NCBI GenBank assembly: GCA_036769565.1
Contig: DAIPKW010000004.1
Coordinates: 3,669-67,668 of the forward strand
DNA length: 64,000 nt
From: Thermodesulfobacteriota bacterium
GTDB taxonomy: Bacteria > Desulfobacterota > BSN033 > UBA1163
Direction of reading: 5' to 3'
Shown: positions 10,656 through 21,118 of the stretch, in pieces
Numbering within the stretch: the first letter of the stretch is position 1
How the letters are laid out: every line of letters starts with the position of its first letter
Position numbers and translations under genes: made by a program
Notes under the pieces: generated by a model
The model's database searches: none
Told to the model about the DNA's origin: nothing
The model's input: only the letters and a program-made list of their open reading frames with translations

Positions 10656-11292
10656 GATGGCTTTTATAGGTAAGGAATGAGATAAACCCCATTAGAAGGC
10701 AATTAATTCATTCCTCCTACAATAACAGGCCCTTCTAACAGGGTAGATTGGTCGAGATTATGAAGCCAATTGAGTGAAAGGTCAAAGGATTAGGGTTAAA
10801 CACAGATAATCTAAACTGTTAAGAAAACTGGCCCTTTGCCCTTACATTCAGGCATTAGCACACATTAGCCCCAATTTCCTATCGAATTGGCAGACCAATC
10901 CTATTTGCAAATTGCAACAGCGATGATTATTTTACTGTTGAGTGTTTACAGGAGTTAGTTCTGTAAGAAATTGAAGAGGGGCCTTAAAATCATTATAAAC
11001 AATACTGAGAGATTCGCCCTATCTCCCAAGGGGTTTTGAGATGCCTCAAACCCTTTTAGAATGCGATGCATTATCGGTTTGGGCAATTTACCTTGAGCTT
11101 TCACCAAACGGGTGATCAATGAGCTGACCTCATGGTTGATTCAACCGATCAAAGGTTATCGCTCTAAAAGGCTTTTCTGCCTCCTTGCATCCCATAGGAG
11201 GTGTAAAAATTCGCCCAATTTGGCTATACATTAACCTATCGTCTAACCCCGCGACTGAAATAGCGGGTTATTGTTTCTAAAGGGGTAAGGAA

Positions 11293-13884
11293 ATGAATGT
11301 GGATAAATTTACTTTAAAGACTCAAGAAGCCTTACAAGCAGCCAAAGGCGTTGCTGAGCAGAGAAACCATCAACAGATTGATGTAGAGCATCTTCTGTTC
11401 GCTCTTCTGATGCAGAGAGAAGGGATTGTGATTCCCATCATCCAGAAACTGGGCTCCAATCCCAACCTCATCCTTTCTCAATTGGAAGCAGAGCTCAATC
11501 GAATTCCAAGAGTGACAGGACGGGGAGCAGGTCAGGTCTATCTTTCGAGTCGACTCAATGATATTTTGAATTCTGCCTGGAAAGAAGCAGAGCGATTGAC
11601 CGATGAATATCTTTCGACAGAACACCTTCTCATCGCCATTGCAGATGAGAGAGGAGGGGTTTCTTCTCAGATCTTGCAACGAAATGGGGTGACGAAGGAT
11701 GCGATCTTCAGGGTGTTGCAAGAGATCCGGGGATCGCAACGTGTAACGGATCAGAACCCGGAAGAGAAATATCAGGCCCTGAAGCGATATAGCAGGGACC
11801 TCACTGAGGAGGCGAGGAAGGGAAAACTCGATCCCGTGATTGGTAGAGATGATGAGATCCGTAGGGTGATTCAAGTACTTTCTCGAAGAACGAAGAATAA
11901 TCCTGTTCTGATCGGTGAACCAGGTGTTGGAAAGACAGCTATCGTCGAAGGATTGGCACAGAGGATCGTCAAAGGAGATGTTCCCGAAACGCTCAAGAAC
12001 AAGAAGCTGGTTGCGCTTGACCTGGGAGCCATGATTGCGGGTGCAAAATTTCGTGGAGAGTTTGAAGAGCGGTTGAAGGCCGTTTTGAAAGAGGTCACCG
12101 CAGCCGCAGGGAATATCATCCTCTTCATTGATGAACTTCATACTCTGGTAGGTGCTGGTGCTGCCGAAGGGGCGATCGATGCCTCCAACATGCTCAAGCC
12201 TGCTCTGGCGCGGGGCGAGTTGAGGTGTGTGGGCGCAACCACGCTCAATGAATACAGGAAGTATGTGGAGAAGGATGCGGCCTTAGAGAGGAGATTCCAG
12301 CCGATCTATGTGGCCCAACCAACAGTTGAAGATACGATTGCCATCTTAAGGGGCTTAAAGGAGCGATACGAAGTTCATCACGGGGTCAAGATCAAGGATT
12401 CAGCCCTCATTGCCGCTGCAATGCTCTCCCATCGATACATCTCAGACCGATTTCTTCCGGATAAGGCGGTCGATCTGATTGATGAGGCGGCTTCGCGACT
12501 TAGGATTGAAATTGATAGCGTGCCCATGGAGATTGACGAAGTTCAGCGAAGGGTGATGCAGTTGGAGATTGAGCGGCAGGCTTTGAAAAAAGAGAAGGAT
12601 AAGGCCTCCGTAGAGAGATTGAAGAAACTCGAAGAAGAACTTGCCAGTCTGAAAAACGAAGTGCAGGAGAAGAAACTGAGATGGGAGAATGAGAAGAAGG
12701 CCATTTCACGAATCCAGCAGATCAAAGAACAGATGGAAAAGACCAAGCAGATGATGAAGGAGGCAGAGCGAGAGGCTGACTATTCGAGACTGGCAGAATT
12801 GCAATATGGTGAGATGACCCACCTTGAGAAGGAGCTGAAACAAGAAGAGGAGAAACTCGCTGAGCTTCAAAAGACAGGGAAGATGCTCAAGGAGGAGGTG
12901 GATGAGGAAGATGTGGCTGAAGTCGTCTCCAAATGGACCGGAATTCCAGTCGCAAAGATGTTGGAAGGGGAGGTAGAGAAACTGGTCCACATGGAGGAGA
13001 GATTGAAGCAGAGGGTGGTAGGCCAGGAAGATGCGATCGTGGCCGTTTCAAATGCCGTAAGAAGGGCGAGGGCTGGCTTGCAGGATCCAAATCGTCCTAT
13101 TGGGTCATTTATCTTTATGGGTCCAACCGGCGTTGGAAAGACTGAGTTGGCAAGAGCCTTAGCTGAATTTCTCTTCGATGATGAACAGGCTATGGTCAGG
13201 ATCGATATGTCCGAATTTATGGAGAAACATTCAGTCGCACGGCTCATCGGAGCCCCACCTGGATACGTGGGCTACGAGGAGGGAGGGTTTCTTACCGAAG
13301 CGGTAAGGAGAAGGCCCTACTCAATCGTCCTCATGGATGAGATTGAGAAGGCCCATCCAGAGGTATTTAATGTCCTCCTCCAGATTCTCGATGATGGGCG
13401 TTTGACCGATGGCCATGGAAGAACCGTTGATTTTAAGAATACGGTAGTCATTATGACGTCGAACATCGGAAGCCAGTGGATTGTGGATCTCGGAGAGAAG
13501 GATTATGAGGAGATGCGCCGCCGGGTCATGGAGGCAGTCAAATCTCACTTCAAACCTGAATTTTTAAACCGGATCGATGAACTGGTCATCTTTCATGGCC
13601 TTGGTTTGGATGAGATAAAAGCCATTGTAGAGATTCAGACGAAAAAACTCGAAAAGAGATTGCTTGAAAAGCGGATCAACCTTAAGATGACAGAAAAGGC
13701 AAAAGAATTTTTGGCTAAGGAAGGATTCGATCCTGCTTATGGAGCACGTCCGCTTAAGCGTGTGATTCAAAAAGAGATTCAGGACAAATTGGCCCTCAGA
13801 ATGTTGGAGGGAAAATTTAAAGAAGGCGATACCGTGAATGTAGATGTAGATAGTAGAAAAGGAGAATTAGTATTCAAGACATAG
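11293..13884 (+). CDS. clpB: ATP-dependent chaperone ClpB
   Basis: 863 aa. There are two AAA+ modules ('GEPGVGKTA' and 'GPTGVGKTE') separated by a long coiled-coil M-domain. The Clp N-domain starts '[12 protein letters not shown]'. Confidence 0.95.
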   Translation: MNVDKFTLKTQEALQAAKGVAEQRNHQQIDVEHLLFALLMQREGIVIPIIQKLGSNPNLILSQLEAELNRIPRVTGRGAGQVYLSSRLNDILNSAWKEAERLTDEYLSTEHLLIAIADERGGVSSQILQRNGVTKDAIFRVLQEIRGSQRVTDQNPEEKYQALKRYSRDLTEEARKGKLDPVIGRDDEIRRVIQVLSRRTKNNPVLIGEPGVGKTAIVEGLAQRIVKGDVPETLKNKKLVALDLGAMIAGAKFRGEFEERLKAVLKEVTAAAGNIILFIDELHTLVGAGAAEGAIDASNMLKPALARGELRCVGATTLNEYRKYVEKDAALERRFQPIYVAQPTVEDTIAILRGLKERYEVHHGVKIKDSALIAAAMLSHRYISDRFLPDKAVDLIDEAASRLRIEIDSVPMEIDEVQRRVMQLEIERQALKKEKDKASVERLKKLEEELASLKNEVQEKKLRWENEKKAISRIQQIKEQMEKTKQMMKEAEREADYSRLAELQYGEMTHLEKELKQEEEKLAELQKTGKMLKEEVDEEDVAEVVSKWTGIPVAKMLEGEVEKLVHMEERLKQRVVGQEDAIVAVSNAVRRARAGLQDPNRPIGSFIFMGPTGVGKTELARALAEFLFDDEQAMVRIDMSEFMEKHSVARLIGAPPGYVGYEEGGFLTEAVRRRPYSIVLMDEIEKAHPEVFNVLLQILDDGRLTDGHGRTVDFKNTVVIMTSNIGSQWIVDLGEKDYEEMRRRVMEAVKSHFKPEFLNRIDELVIFHGLGLDEIKAIVEIQTKKLEKRLLEKRINLKMTEKAKEFLAKEGFDPAYGARPLKRVIQKEIQDKLALRMLEGKFKEGDTVNVDVDSRKGELVFKT

Positions 13885-13905
13885 AAGGATAAGTTAATAA
13901 TTTTC

Positions 13906-13934
13906 TTGACAATAATCAAAAAAGGGGGTATATA
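13906..13934 (+). promoter_or_regulatory. sigma-70-type promoter for tRNA-Val (TTGACA-N17-TATATA)
   Basis: Consensus -35 TTGACA (13906-13911) and -10 TATATA (13929-13934) with a 17-nt spacer, about 50 nt upstream of the tRNA. Confidence 0.5.
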
Positions 13935-13985
13935 TACAGCGAAATTTGAGTTGATCACAGCGTCCAGGGAGGAGGGTTGGGTTGT

Positions 13986-14060
13986 AGGCACGTAGCTCAG
14001 GGGGAGAGCGCTACCTTGACGCGGTAGAAGTCTGGGGTTCAAATCCCCACGTGCCTACCA
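13986..14060 (+). tRNA. tRNA-Val (anticodon GAC)
   Basis: A manual cloverleaf fits: acceptor AGGCACG/CGTGCCT, D-arm GCTC..GAGC, anticodon stem CTACC/GGTAG with loop TTGACGC, T-arm TGGGG-TTCAAAT-CCCCA and an encoded CCA. Confidence 0.85.
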
Positions 14061-14128
14061 TTTAAACCTTTTTAATAAGAAGTGGAAGATAAGTTATTGG
14101 AAAAAAAGACATTTTAACAATAAAAAGG

Positions 14129-14179
14129 GAGGCATCATTCATTTTTTTATTATGAGTGATGCCTCTTCTATTTGATTTC
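14129..14179 (+). terminator. strong hairpin (13-bp stem) plus U-rich tail between tRNA-Val and thrS
   Basis: gaggcatcattca-(11-nt loop)-tgagtgatgcctc followed by ttctatttgatttc. It ends 9 nt before the thrS SD. Confidence 0.45.
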
Positions 14180-14187
14180 AGGGGAAG

Positions 14188-16074
14188 ATGAAAGAAGAGA
14201 TAACGATTACTTTGTCCGATGGTTCGAAGAGATTGATTCCGAAGGGAACAAAACTAATCGAATTTGCCGATGAAGAGGCAGTGGCTGCCCAAATTGATGG
14301 CACTTTAGTTGACCTTTCGAAATCTTTGATGGAAGATGCAACCGTCACTTTCATCTCTGTCCATTCAAGAAAGGGACTCGATATCTTACGCCATTCGACT
14401 GCCCATGTGATGGCTCAGGCAGTGAAAGAACTCTTTCCCTCCGTGAAACTCACTTTTGGTCCATCAACAGAAGGAGGTTTCTATTACGATTTCGATTACG
14501 AGAAGACTTTTACACCGGAAGATCTCGAATCGATCGAAGAGAGAATGAGGGAGATCATCAAAAAGGATGAACCATTTATACGAAGTGAAGTATCCAAAGA
14601 AGAGGCGACCACTTTGTTCAAAGAGATGAGGGAGAGTTATAAAGTCGAACATCTGGAGGATCTTCCTGACCATGTCTCTCTCTATCGGCAGGGTTCTTTT
14701 GTCGATCTGTGTGAAGGCCCCCATCTTCCTACCACTGGGAAGATTAAGGCCTTCAAGCTTTTGAGCGTCTCTGGAACCTATTGGAGGGGAGATGCCAGAA
14801 ATCAGGTGCTCCAGCGAATTTATGGAACAGCCTTTCCAAATTTAGAGGGGTTAAAAGATTATCTCCATATGCTTGAGGAGGCGAGGAAACGGGATCACCG
14901 GAGGCTCGGGAGGGAACTCGATCTCTTTGGCCTCAGTGACGAGGCTGGACCAGGACTGGTGATCTATCATCCCAAAGGCGCTTTGCTCAGGACCATTCTC
15001 GAAGATTTTGAAAGGAAAGAACATCTGAAGAGGGGCTATCAGATCGTCATCGGTCCTCAGCTCCTGAAGCTGGACATGTGGAAGCGATCCGGTCATTTTG
15101 AAAATTACCGGGACAAGATGTACTTCACCAAGGTTGAGGATGCTGAATACGGCATCAAGCCCATGAATTGCCTGGCTCACATGTTGATCTACAAATCGCA
15201 GATCCGAAGTTATCGGGACCTTCCCCTACGCTATTTTGAATTGGGCACAGTCCATCGCCATGAAAAATCTGGAGAGCTCCACGGACTTCTACGAGTCAGA
15301 GGTTTTACTCAGGACGATGCCCACATCCTCTGTCGACCCGATCAGCTCCATGACGAAATCGGGGCAATCATCCAATTCGTGGATGATGTGATGAAGATTT
15401 TTGGTTTCGAATATGAGATGGAGCTATCCACCCGGCCGGAGAAGTCGATTGGGACCGACGAAGACTGGGAGAAGGCAACGGATGCCTTGTTTAACACCCT
15501 TAAGACAAGGGAACTTCCTTTTGACATCAATGAAGGGGATGGAGCTTTTTATGGTCCCAAAATCGATGTCAAGCTCAAAGATGCTCTGAAAAGGAGATGG
15601 CAATGCGCTACCATTCAGGTTGACTTCGCCATGCCTGAGCGGTTCGATCTTACCTATATTGGACCTGATGGAGAGAAGCACCGACCGGTCATGCTGCATC
15701 GGGTCATTCTCGGAGCCATGGAAAGGTTTATCGGAGTGCTCATCGAGCATTATGGAGGAGCATTTCCAGTCTGGCTTGCGCCTGTCCAGGCCATCCTTTT
15801 GACCGTGACCGAACGGCACATCCCCTATGCGGAGAAGGTCTATTTTCAGTTGATACAGAAAGGGATCCGTGTCGAAAGAGATTTTAGAAATGAAAAGCTT
15901 GGATTTAAGGTACGCGAAGCACAGATTCAGAAAATCCCTTATATGCTGGTGATTGGAGATAAGGAAGAGAAGGAAGAGACTGTCTCCCCGCGTAAGCGGA
16001 GCGGAGAGAAGATGAGTTCAATGAGCGCGACGGATTTTATCCGTCTGGTCGAATCGGAATACCCAAATTTATAG
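14188..16074 (+). CDS. thrS: threonine--tRNA ligase
   Basis: 628 aa with an N-terminal TGS domain and a class II aaRS core ('FTQDDAHI', '[16 protein letters not shown]'). It is followed by infC, as in E. coli. Confidence 0.95.
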   Translation: MKEEITITLSDGSKRLIPKGTKLIEFADEEAVAAQIDGTLVDLSKSLMEDATVTFISVHSRKGLDILRHSTAHVMAQAVKELFPSVKLTFGPSTEGGFYYDFDYEKTFTPEDLESIEERMREIIKKDEPFIRSEVSKEEATTLFKEMRESYKVEHLEDLPDHVSLYRQGSFVDLCEGPHLPTTGKIKAFKLLSVSGTYWRGDARNQVLQRIYGTAFPNLEGLKDYLHMLEEARKRDHRRLGRELDLFGLSDEAGPGLVIYHPKGALLRTILEDFERKEHLKRGYQIVIGPQLLKLDMWKRSGHFENYRDKMYFTKVEDAEYGIKPMNCLAHMLIYKSQIRSYRDLPLRYFELGTVHRHEKSGELHGLLRVRGFTQDDAHILCRPDQLHDEIGAIIQFVDDVMKIFGFEYEMELSTRPEKSIGTDEDWEKATDALFNTLKTRELPFDINEGDGAFYGPKIDVKLKDALKRRWQCATIQVDFAMPERFDLTYIGPDGEKHRPVMLHRVILGAMERFIGVLIEHYGGAFPVWLAPVQAILLTVTERHIPYAEKVYFQLIQKGIRVERDFRNEKLGFKVREAQIQKIPYMLVIGDKEEKEETVSPRKRSGEKMSSMSATDFIRLVESEYPNL

Positions 16075-16186
16075 GCAGAGGGTAGAGAAAGAAAAATAGA
16101 GAGGAGAGAGTGGAATATGGAAAGCGGTCATAGGTGACCACTTTACACCTTCCACTCTCCACGATCCAAAGAAGGAGGTGGAATCC

Positions 16187-16711
16187 ATCAGCAAGGATGT
16201 GCGCGTCAATCGCGAGATTCGGGCTAAGGAAGTCAGGGTCATCGATCCTGAAGGAAAACAGATAGGAATATTACCATTGGTAGAGGCATTACGGGCCGCG
16301 GCTAATGCCGATTTAGACTTGGTCGAGGTTTCTCCCAAATCGGAACCGCCCGTCTGTCGAATTATGGACTTCGGCAAATTCAAATACCAACAGAGTAAAA
16401 AGGCCCATGATGCGAAGAAGAAACAGGCAGTTATTCATCTCAAGGAAGTGAAGCTGAGGCCCAAGACAGAGGAACACGATTTAGGGTTTAAACTCCGACA
16501 TATTGAGCGCTTTTTGAAGGAAGGAGACAAGACCAAAGTGACCATCGTCTTCAGGGGGAGAGAGATTGCCCATCCCGACTTGGGAAGGCAGATGATGGAA
16601 CGAATTGCCGAGCAGGCTAAAGAATGGGGAAGAATTGAGCAACCCCCTAAATTCGAGGGCCGAAATTATGTGATGATTCTGGCTCCTCTGACAGGGCAGA
16701 AGACGACATAA
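16187..16711 (+). CDS. infC: translation initiation factor IF-3 (probable AUC start; ORF caller's GTG at 16178 overlaps the SD)
   Basis: 'ISKDVRVNREIRAKEVRVIDPEGKQIG' matches the IF-3 N-terminus. SD AAGGAGG (16172-16178) leaves zero spacing to the GTG at 16178 but 8 nt to the ATC at 16187. Confidence 0.85.
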   Translation: MSKDVRVNREIRAKEVRVIDPEGKQIGILPLVEALRAAANADLDLVEVSPKSEPPVCRIMDFGKFKYQQSKKAHDAKKKQAVIHLKEVKLRPKTEEHDLGFKLRHIERFLKEGDKTKVTIVFRGREIAHPDLGRQMMERIAEQAKEWGRIEQPPKFEGRNYVMILAPLTGQKTT

Positions 16712-16804
16712 AGCATAGAAGGTGGAAGGTAGAGAGAGGAAGAAGATAGAAGAGGACACCACCGGCCACATTCTACAATCAACTATCAAAACGAGGAGGT
16801 TATT

Positions 16805-17002
16805 GTGCCAAAGCTAAAGACGAATCGAGGAGCGGCAAAACGATTTAAGAAGACCGGGACTGGAAAGATGAAGGCAAAGAGTGCCTTTGCCCGGCACATC
16901 TTGACGAAGAAATCGGCCAATCGGAAGAGAGTCCTTAGAAGACCAAAGATGCTGAGCAAGACGAGTGCAAAGAGTGTTGAGAGATTGCTTCCCTATGCTT
17001 AA
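16805..17002 (+). CDS. rpmI: 50S ribosomal protein L35
   Basis: 65-aa basic protein '[21 protein letters not shown]...'. GTG start with SD AGGAGG. Confidence 0.9.
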   Translation: MPKLKTNRGAAKRFKKTGTGKMKAKSAFARHILTKKSANRKRVLRRPKMLSKTSAKSVERLLPYA

Positions 17003-17022
17003 AAACCGAAGAGCTACATCTC

Positions 17023-17073
17023 GAAACTCGTTTATTACTGAAGAAACTCGTTTAGAAACCCGTTGCTCGAAAC
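17023..17073 (+). repeat. tandem direct repeats (GAAACTCGTTTA x2, GAAACCCGTT, CGAAACA) in rpmI-rplT spacer
   Basis: Read directly from the sequence. The position is consistent with an L20 autoregulatory mRNA site. Confidence 0.4.
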
Positions 17074-17158
17074 AAGAAGCCTGAATATGAAGAATCGTTA
17101 GATGAGCTTCGACAACGACGACCTTAACCTTTAAGCCAACAAGGAAGGAGTATTTAAG

Positions 17159-17533
17159 ATGCCAAGAGCAAAAAGTGGACCGAAGACCCGGGCGAGGCGG
17201 AAGAAAGTTTTGAAGATGGCCAAAGGGTATGTAGGGGGACGAAGCAAACTATATCGAAGCGCTGTGGATGCTGTCCACCGCGCCTTAGCCTATGCCTATC
17301 GAGACCGGAGGGCGAGGAAGAGGGATTTTCGAAGGCTATGGATCACACGGATCAATGCGGCGGCGAGAATGCATGGACTTTCGTATAGCCGACTCATGGA
17401 TGCACTTAAGAAAGCCCATGTTGAGTTGGATCGTAAGATTTTAGCTGATTTGGCAGTTAGCGACCCCGGTGCATTTTTAAAAATTGTTGAACTTGTTAAG
17501 CCTCATGCTGGGACAATGAATCTTAAACCATGA
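17159..17533 (+). CDS. rplT: 50S ribosomal protein L20
   Basis: 124 aa, '[24 protein letters not shown]...' L20 signature. Confidence 0.9.
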   Translation: MPRAKSGPKTRARRKKVLKMAKGYVGGRSKLYRSAVDAVHRALAYAYRDRRARKRDFRRLWITRINAAARMHGLSYSRLMDALKKAHVELDRKILADLAVSDPGAFLKIVELVKPHAGTMNLKP

Positions 17534-17613
17534 ACCATCGTTTGGCGACCATCTGGTTCATCGTCCATCGTTTTCGGTACAGCCCATATTAGGATCTTCA
17601 AAGGAAGAAAGCA

Positions 17614-18630
17614 TTGAAAGAGGAGTTAGAAAAGATCCATCAAGACTGCCAAGTTGCTCTTGCCCTGGCAAAGAAGGAGTCGGAGATCTCCGATATACGG
17701 ATCCAGGTTTTGGGAAGGAAAGGATCTCTGACGCAACTTCTAAAACGGCTGGCAACACTGCCCGAGGGTGAGCGGAAGGAGATTGGCAGAAGGGCCAATG
17801 AGATCAAGCAAGCTCTCGAGACAAAGGTTGAAGAAGCCCTTCGCCAAATTCAGGAGCGGGAGAGAAAGGAGGCCCTGGAAAGAGAGAAGATCGATGTGAC
17901 CCTTCCGGGTCGAAGAATGGCTATTGGAACAAGACATCCACTGACTCAAATCTTAGACGAGATCATCCACATCTTCTCTCGGCTGGGTTTTGAGGTGGTT
18001 GAAGGTCCAGAAGTTGAATTGGACTACTACAATTTTGAAGCTCTCAACATTCCAAAGGGGCATCCTGCCAGAGAGATGCAGGCCACCTTCTTCATTTCGG
18101 AAGATGTCGTTCTGAGAACCCATACCTCTCCTGTTCAGGTGAGGACCATGGAGAGAAAAAGACCTCCTGTCCGAGTGATCTGCCCCGGTGCGGTCTACCG
18201 GTGCGATTCGGATCCGACCCACTCTCCCATGTTTCACCAGGTCGAAGGGCTACTAGTGGATCGGGGAATTACATTTTCAGATCTAAAGGGAGTGCTGACC
18301 GTCTTTGTCCATCAGATGTTTGGGAAAGAGACCAAACTGAGGTTCCGTCCAAGCTTTTTCCCCTTTACAGAACCGAGTGCGGAGATCGATATCGAATGTT
18401 TTATCTGTGGAGGAACCGGATGTAGCGTTTGCTCAGGAACGGGATGGCTTGAGATTTTAGGTTCGGGTATGGTTGATCCTGCGGTTTATCGATTCGTGGA
18501 CTATGATCCAGAAGAGGTTACTGGCTTCGCCTTTGGTATGGGAATTGAGCGAATTGCCATGCTCAAATACGGGATCAACGACATTCGGCTTTTCTTTACG
18601 AATGATTTGAGATTTCTAAAACAGTTCTGA
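17614..18630 (+). CDS. pheS: phenylalanine--tRNA ligase alpha subunit
   Basis: 338 aa with class II aaRS motifs ('FRPSFFPFTEPSAE', 'GSGMVDP'). TTG start with SD aaggaag. Confidence 0.9.
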   Translation: MKEELEKIHQDCQVALALAKKESEISDIRIQVLGRKGSLTQLLKRLATLPEGERKEIGRRANEIKQALETKVEEALRQIQERERKEALEREKIDVTLPGRRMAIGTRHPLTQILDEIIHIFSRLGFEVVEGPEVELDYYNFEALNIPKGHPAREMQATFFISEDVVLRTHTSPVQVRTMERKRPPVRVICPGAVYRCDSDPTHSPMFHQVEGLLVDRGITFSDLKGVLTVFVHQMFGKETKLRFRPSFFPFTEPSAEIDIECFICGGTGCSVCSGTGWLEILGSGMVDPAVYRFVDYDPEEVTGFAFGMGIERIAMLKYGINDIRLFFTNDLRFLKQF

Positions 18631-18696
18631 GTTCGGAGATCGGAGTTCGGGGTTATCCAAAAGTACTCCGAACTGCGAACTCATTACTCCGAACTT
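18631..18696 (+). repeat. paired inverted repeats (AGTTCGGAG x2 / CTCCGAACT x2) in pheS-pheT spacer
   Basis: Two direct copies of each arm allow alternative hairpins. The block fills the pheS-pheT spacer between the pheS stop and the pheT SD (18702-18708). Confidence 0.4.
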
Positions 18697-18709
18697 TTCC
18701 AAAGGAAGT

Positions 18710-21118
18710 ATGAAGGTCTCTCTTAACTGGCTTAGGGATTATGTGGAGATCCGAATGGGGTTGAAGGATCTGGTCAACCTTCTGACCATGGGAGGTTTGG
18801 AGGTAGAGGCCGTCACCTCTACAGGCCAGGGATTTGAGAAGATCGTTGTGGCAGAGATTCAGTCCATCCGGAGACACCCCAATGCAGATCGTCTCTCTTT
18901 AGTTGAAGCGAGAACAGACCAAGAACAGTTCTCGATTGTCTGTGGTGCCACCAATATCCGAGAAGGCCAAAGGGTACCCTTAGCCCTGGTTGGCGCAAAA
19001 CTTCCTAATGGAGTTGAGATCAAGCGATCCAAGATAAGAGGACAGGTTTCTGAAGGAATGCTCTGTTCAGAGATCGAATTAGGTTTGGGGCCAGATGCTT
19101 CTGGAATTATGATCCTTAACGGCAATCCTCCTTTGGGAAAGAATCTGGGCGAAGCCCTCGGATTGGCGGATACCATTCTCGATATCACCATAACGCCCAA
19201 TCGACCAGATTGCCTCTGTGTTATTGGAGTGGCCAGAGAGATTGCGGCCCTCACGGATCAACGAATCAGATACCCGAGCCTCCTGTTTTCCGATACCGGG
19301 AGCGAGATCCATCAGAGAACCTCGGTGACCCTATTGGATCCAGATCTCTGCCCCCGATATGTGGCAAGGATGATTGAAGGAGTAAAGATCGGTCCTTCTC
19401 CCAATTGGATGAGAGACCGACTGGAAAAGGTGGGAATCCGCTCCATCAACAATGTCGTTGATGTGACTAACTATGTGATGATGGAGTACGGACAACCCCT
19501 TCATGCCTTCGATTTTGACTTATTGGAAGAGGGAAGAATCGTGGTTCGGAGGGCCCAAAAGGGAGAGACCTTTATTACTCTGGATGGCGTCAAAAGAGGT
19601 CTTGACGAAGAGATGCTCATGATCTGCGATGGCGTCAAACCGGTCGCAATTGCTGGGGTGATGGGAGGGCTCAATTCGGAAATCCGGAGTGAAACGCAAA
19701 CCGTCCTTCTGGAGAGTGCCTACTTCCAACCGATGAATAATCGAAGGACCTCCAAAAAACTTGGATTTGAAACAGAGGCCTCCTATCGGTTTGGAAGAGG
19801 AATCGATTACGGTGGGTGCTTGAATGCAGCCAACCGTGCTGCTGCATTGATTCAGGAATTAGCCGGTGGAAGAGTGGTTGATGGAACGGTGGATGCCTAT
19901 CCCAAACCGATCCAACCTAAACCGATTCATTTCAGTGTTCCCAAGGCAAATCGAATTCTTGGAACGGAGATCGAAGCTCAACAGATGAAGCGATACATGG
20001 AGAACCTGGAATTAGCGGTTCGCCAAGAAGACGATACCACATTCATCGTCACTCCTCCATCCTTTCGGGGTGATCTCGAAAGGGAGATCGATCTGATTGA
20101 GGAAATTGCGCGGCTGAATGGATATGAGAATATTCCGCTCTCTCTTCCGACAGGGCCCCCTTCATCAGAGGAAAGCAACAGGGAATGGATCGTTGAACAG
20201 AAGGTTAAAAATCTTCTCATACAGCACGGTTACCATGAGGTGATCACGTATAGCTTTACAGCTCCCCATTCCTTAGATCGGCTGGGTCTTCCTCAGGGCG
20301 ATCCGAGGAGAAGATGCCTCTCCATTCTGAATCCACTTACCGAGGATACCTCCGTGATGAGGACTTCCCTCATCCCTGGCTTAATGGAAACGGCTTCTTA
20401 CAACCTCTCCTATAAGAATACCGACCTTAAGATCTTTGAACTGAAGAAGGTCTATCTGGCGGCAGAACAAGAGCGGCTTCCCAAAGAGGTGAAATGCTTA
20501 GCAGGGTTGGCCATGGGAATGAAAGGAGAACTGCACTGGGCTGACTCCATGAGGCCCGTTGATTTTTATGATGTCAAGGGCTGCCTCGAAGATCTCTTCG
20601 ATCTCTTACAGATCAAAGGGATCAAATTTATCAAGGCAGAGGATATTCCCTATCTTCACCCTGGAAAGTCATCAAGGCTTACTTACAGAGAAGAGGCCCT
20701 GGGGGTTGTGGGTGAAGTCCATCCTCAAATATTGAGCGAATACAAAATTCCAGCGAAGGTTTATCTCTACGAGATCGATTTTAATCGGGTGGTTCAGTAT
20801 GCACAGGAATTAAGGAAATTTCGACCCCTTCCGAAATTTCCTGCGGTCAACCGGGACCTCTCGATTGTGGTTGAGGATCATCTCGAAGCAGAAAAGGTAG
20901 AAGAAGCCATCCGCCAACTTCAGCCACCTTTTCTCGATGAAGTTTTCCTCTTCGATGTCTACAAAGGCTCTCCTGTTCCTACGGGGAAGAAGAGCCTCTC
21001 ATACCGGATCCGATATCGAGCCAACGACCGTACACTGACGGACAGCGAAGTGAACCAATATCATGAAAAGGTCATCCATACATTAAGGGAAATCTTTGGG
21101 GCGGAACTGAGGGGGTAA
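18710..21118 (+). CDS. pheT: phenylalanine--tRNA ligase beta subunit
   Basis: 802 aa with an N-terminal tRNA-binding domain, B3/B4 and B5 domains and a C-terminal FDX-ACB domain. Confidence 0.95.
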   Translation: MKVSLNWLRDYVEIRMGLKDLVNLLTMGGLEVEAVTSTGQGFEKIVVAEIQSIRRHPNADRLSLVEARTDQEQFSIVCGATNIREGQRVPLALVGAKLPNGVEIKRSKIRGQVSEGMLCSEIELGLGPDASGIMILNGNPPLGKNLGEALGLADTILDITITPNRPDCLCVIGVAREIAALTDQRIRYPSLLFSDTGSEIHQRTSVTLLDPDLCPRYVARMIEGVKIGPSPNWMRDRLEKVGIRSINNVVDVTNYVMMEYGQPLHAFDFDLLEEGRIVVRRAQKGETFITLDGVKRGLDEEMLMICDGVKPVAIAGVMGGLNSEIRSETQTVLLESAYFQPMNNRRTSKKLGFETEASYRFGRGIDYGGCLNAANRAAALIQELAGGRVVDGTVDAYPKPIQPKPIHFSVPKANRILGTEIEAQQMKRYMENLELAVRQEDDTTFIVTPPSFRGDLEREIDLIEEIARLNGYENIPLSLPTGPPSSEESNREWIVEQKVKNLLIQHGYHEVITYSFTAPHSLDRLGLPQGDPRRRCLSILNPLTEDTSVMRTSLIPGLMETASYNLSYKNTDLKIFELKKVYLAAEQERLPKEVKCLAGLAMGMKGELHWADSMRPVDFYDVKGCLEDLFDLLQIKGIKFIKAEDIPYLHPGKSSRLTYREEALGVVGEVHPQILSEYKIPAKVYLYEIDFNRVVQYAQELRKFRPLPKFPAVNRDLSIVVEDHLEAEKVEEAIRQLQPPFLDEVFLFDVYKGSPVPTGKKSLSYRIRYRANDRTLTDSEVNQYHEKVIHTLREIFGAELRG

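Noticed and set aside
10840-10875. CIRCE-like 'TTAGCACAC' upstream of clpB
   Set aside because: CIRCE requires the inverted partner GAGTGCTAA 9 nt away; it is absent. No HAIR (CTTGAGT-N7-ACTCAAG) is present either.
11041-11115. 24-codon ORF (MPQTLLECDALSVWAIYLELSPNG) with an upstream AAGGGG in the clpB upstream gap
   Set aside because: It is too short to assess, lies within a predicted hairpin, and has no supporting conservation information. It is treated as part of the candidate non-coding region.
11332-12141. 269-aa antisense ORF inside clpB; similar long antisense ORFs at 45161-45994 (in dnaE) and 2980-3567 (in the ABC ATPase)
   Set aside because: Each is entirely embedded opposite a well-supported, conserved gene and has low-complexity composition. 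These are typical shadow ORFs.
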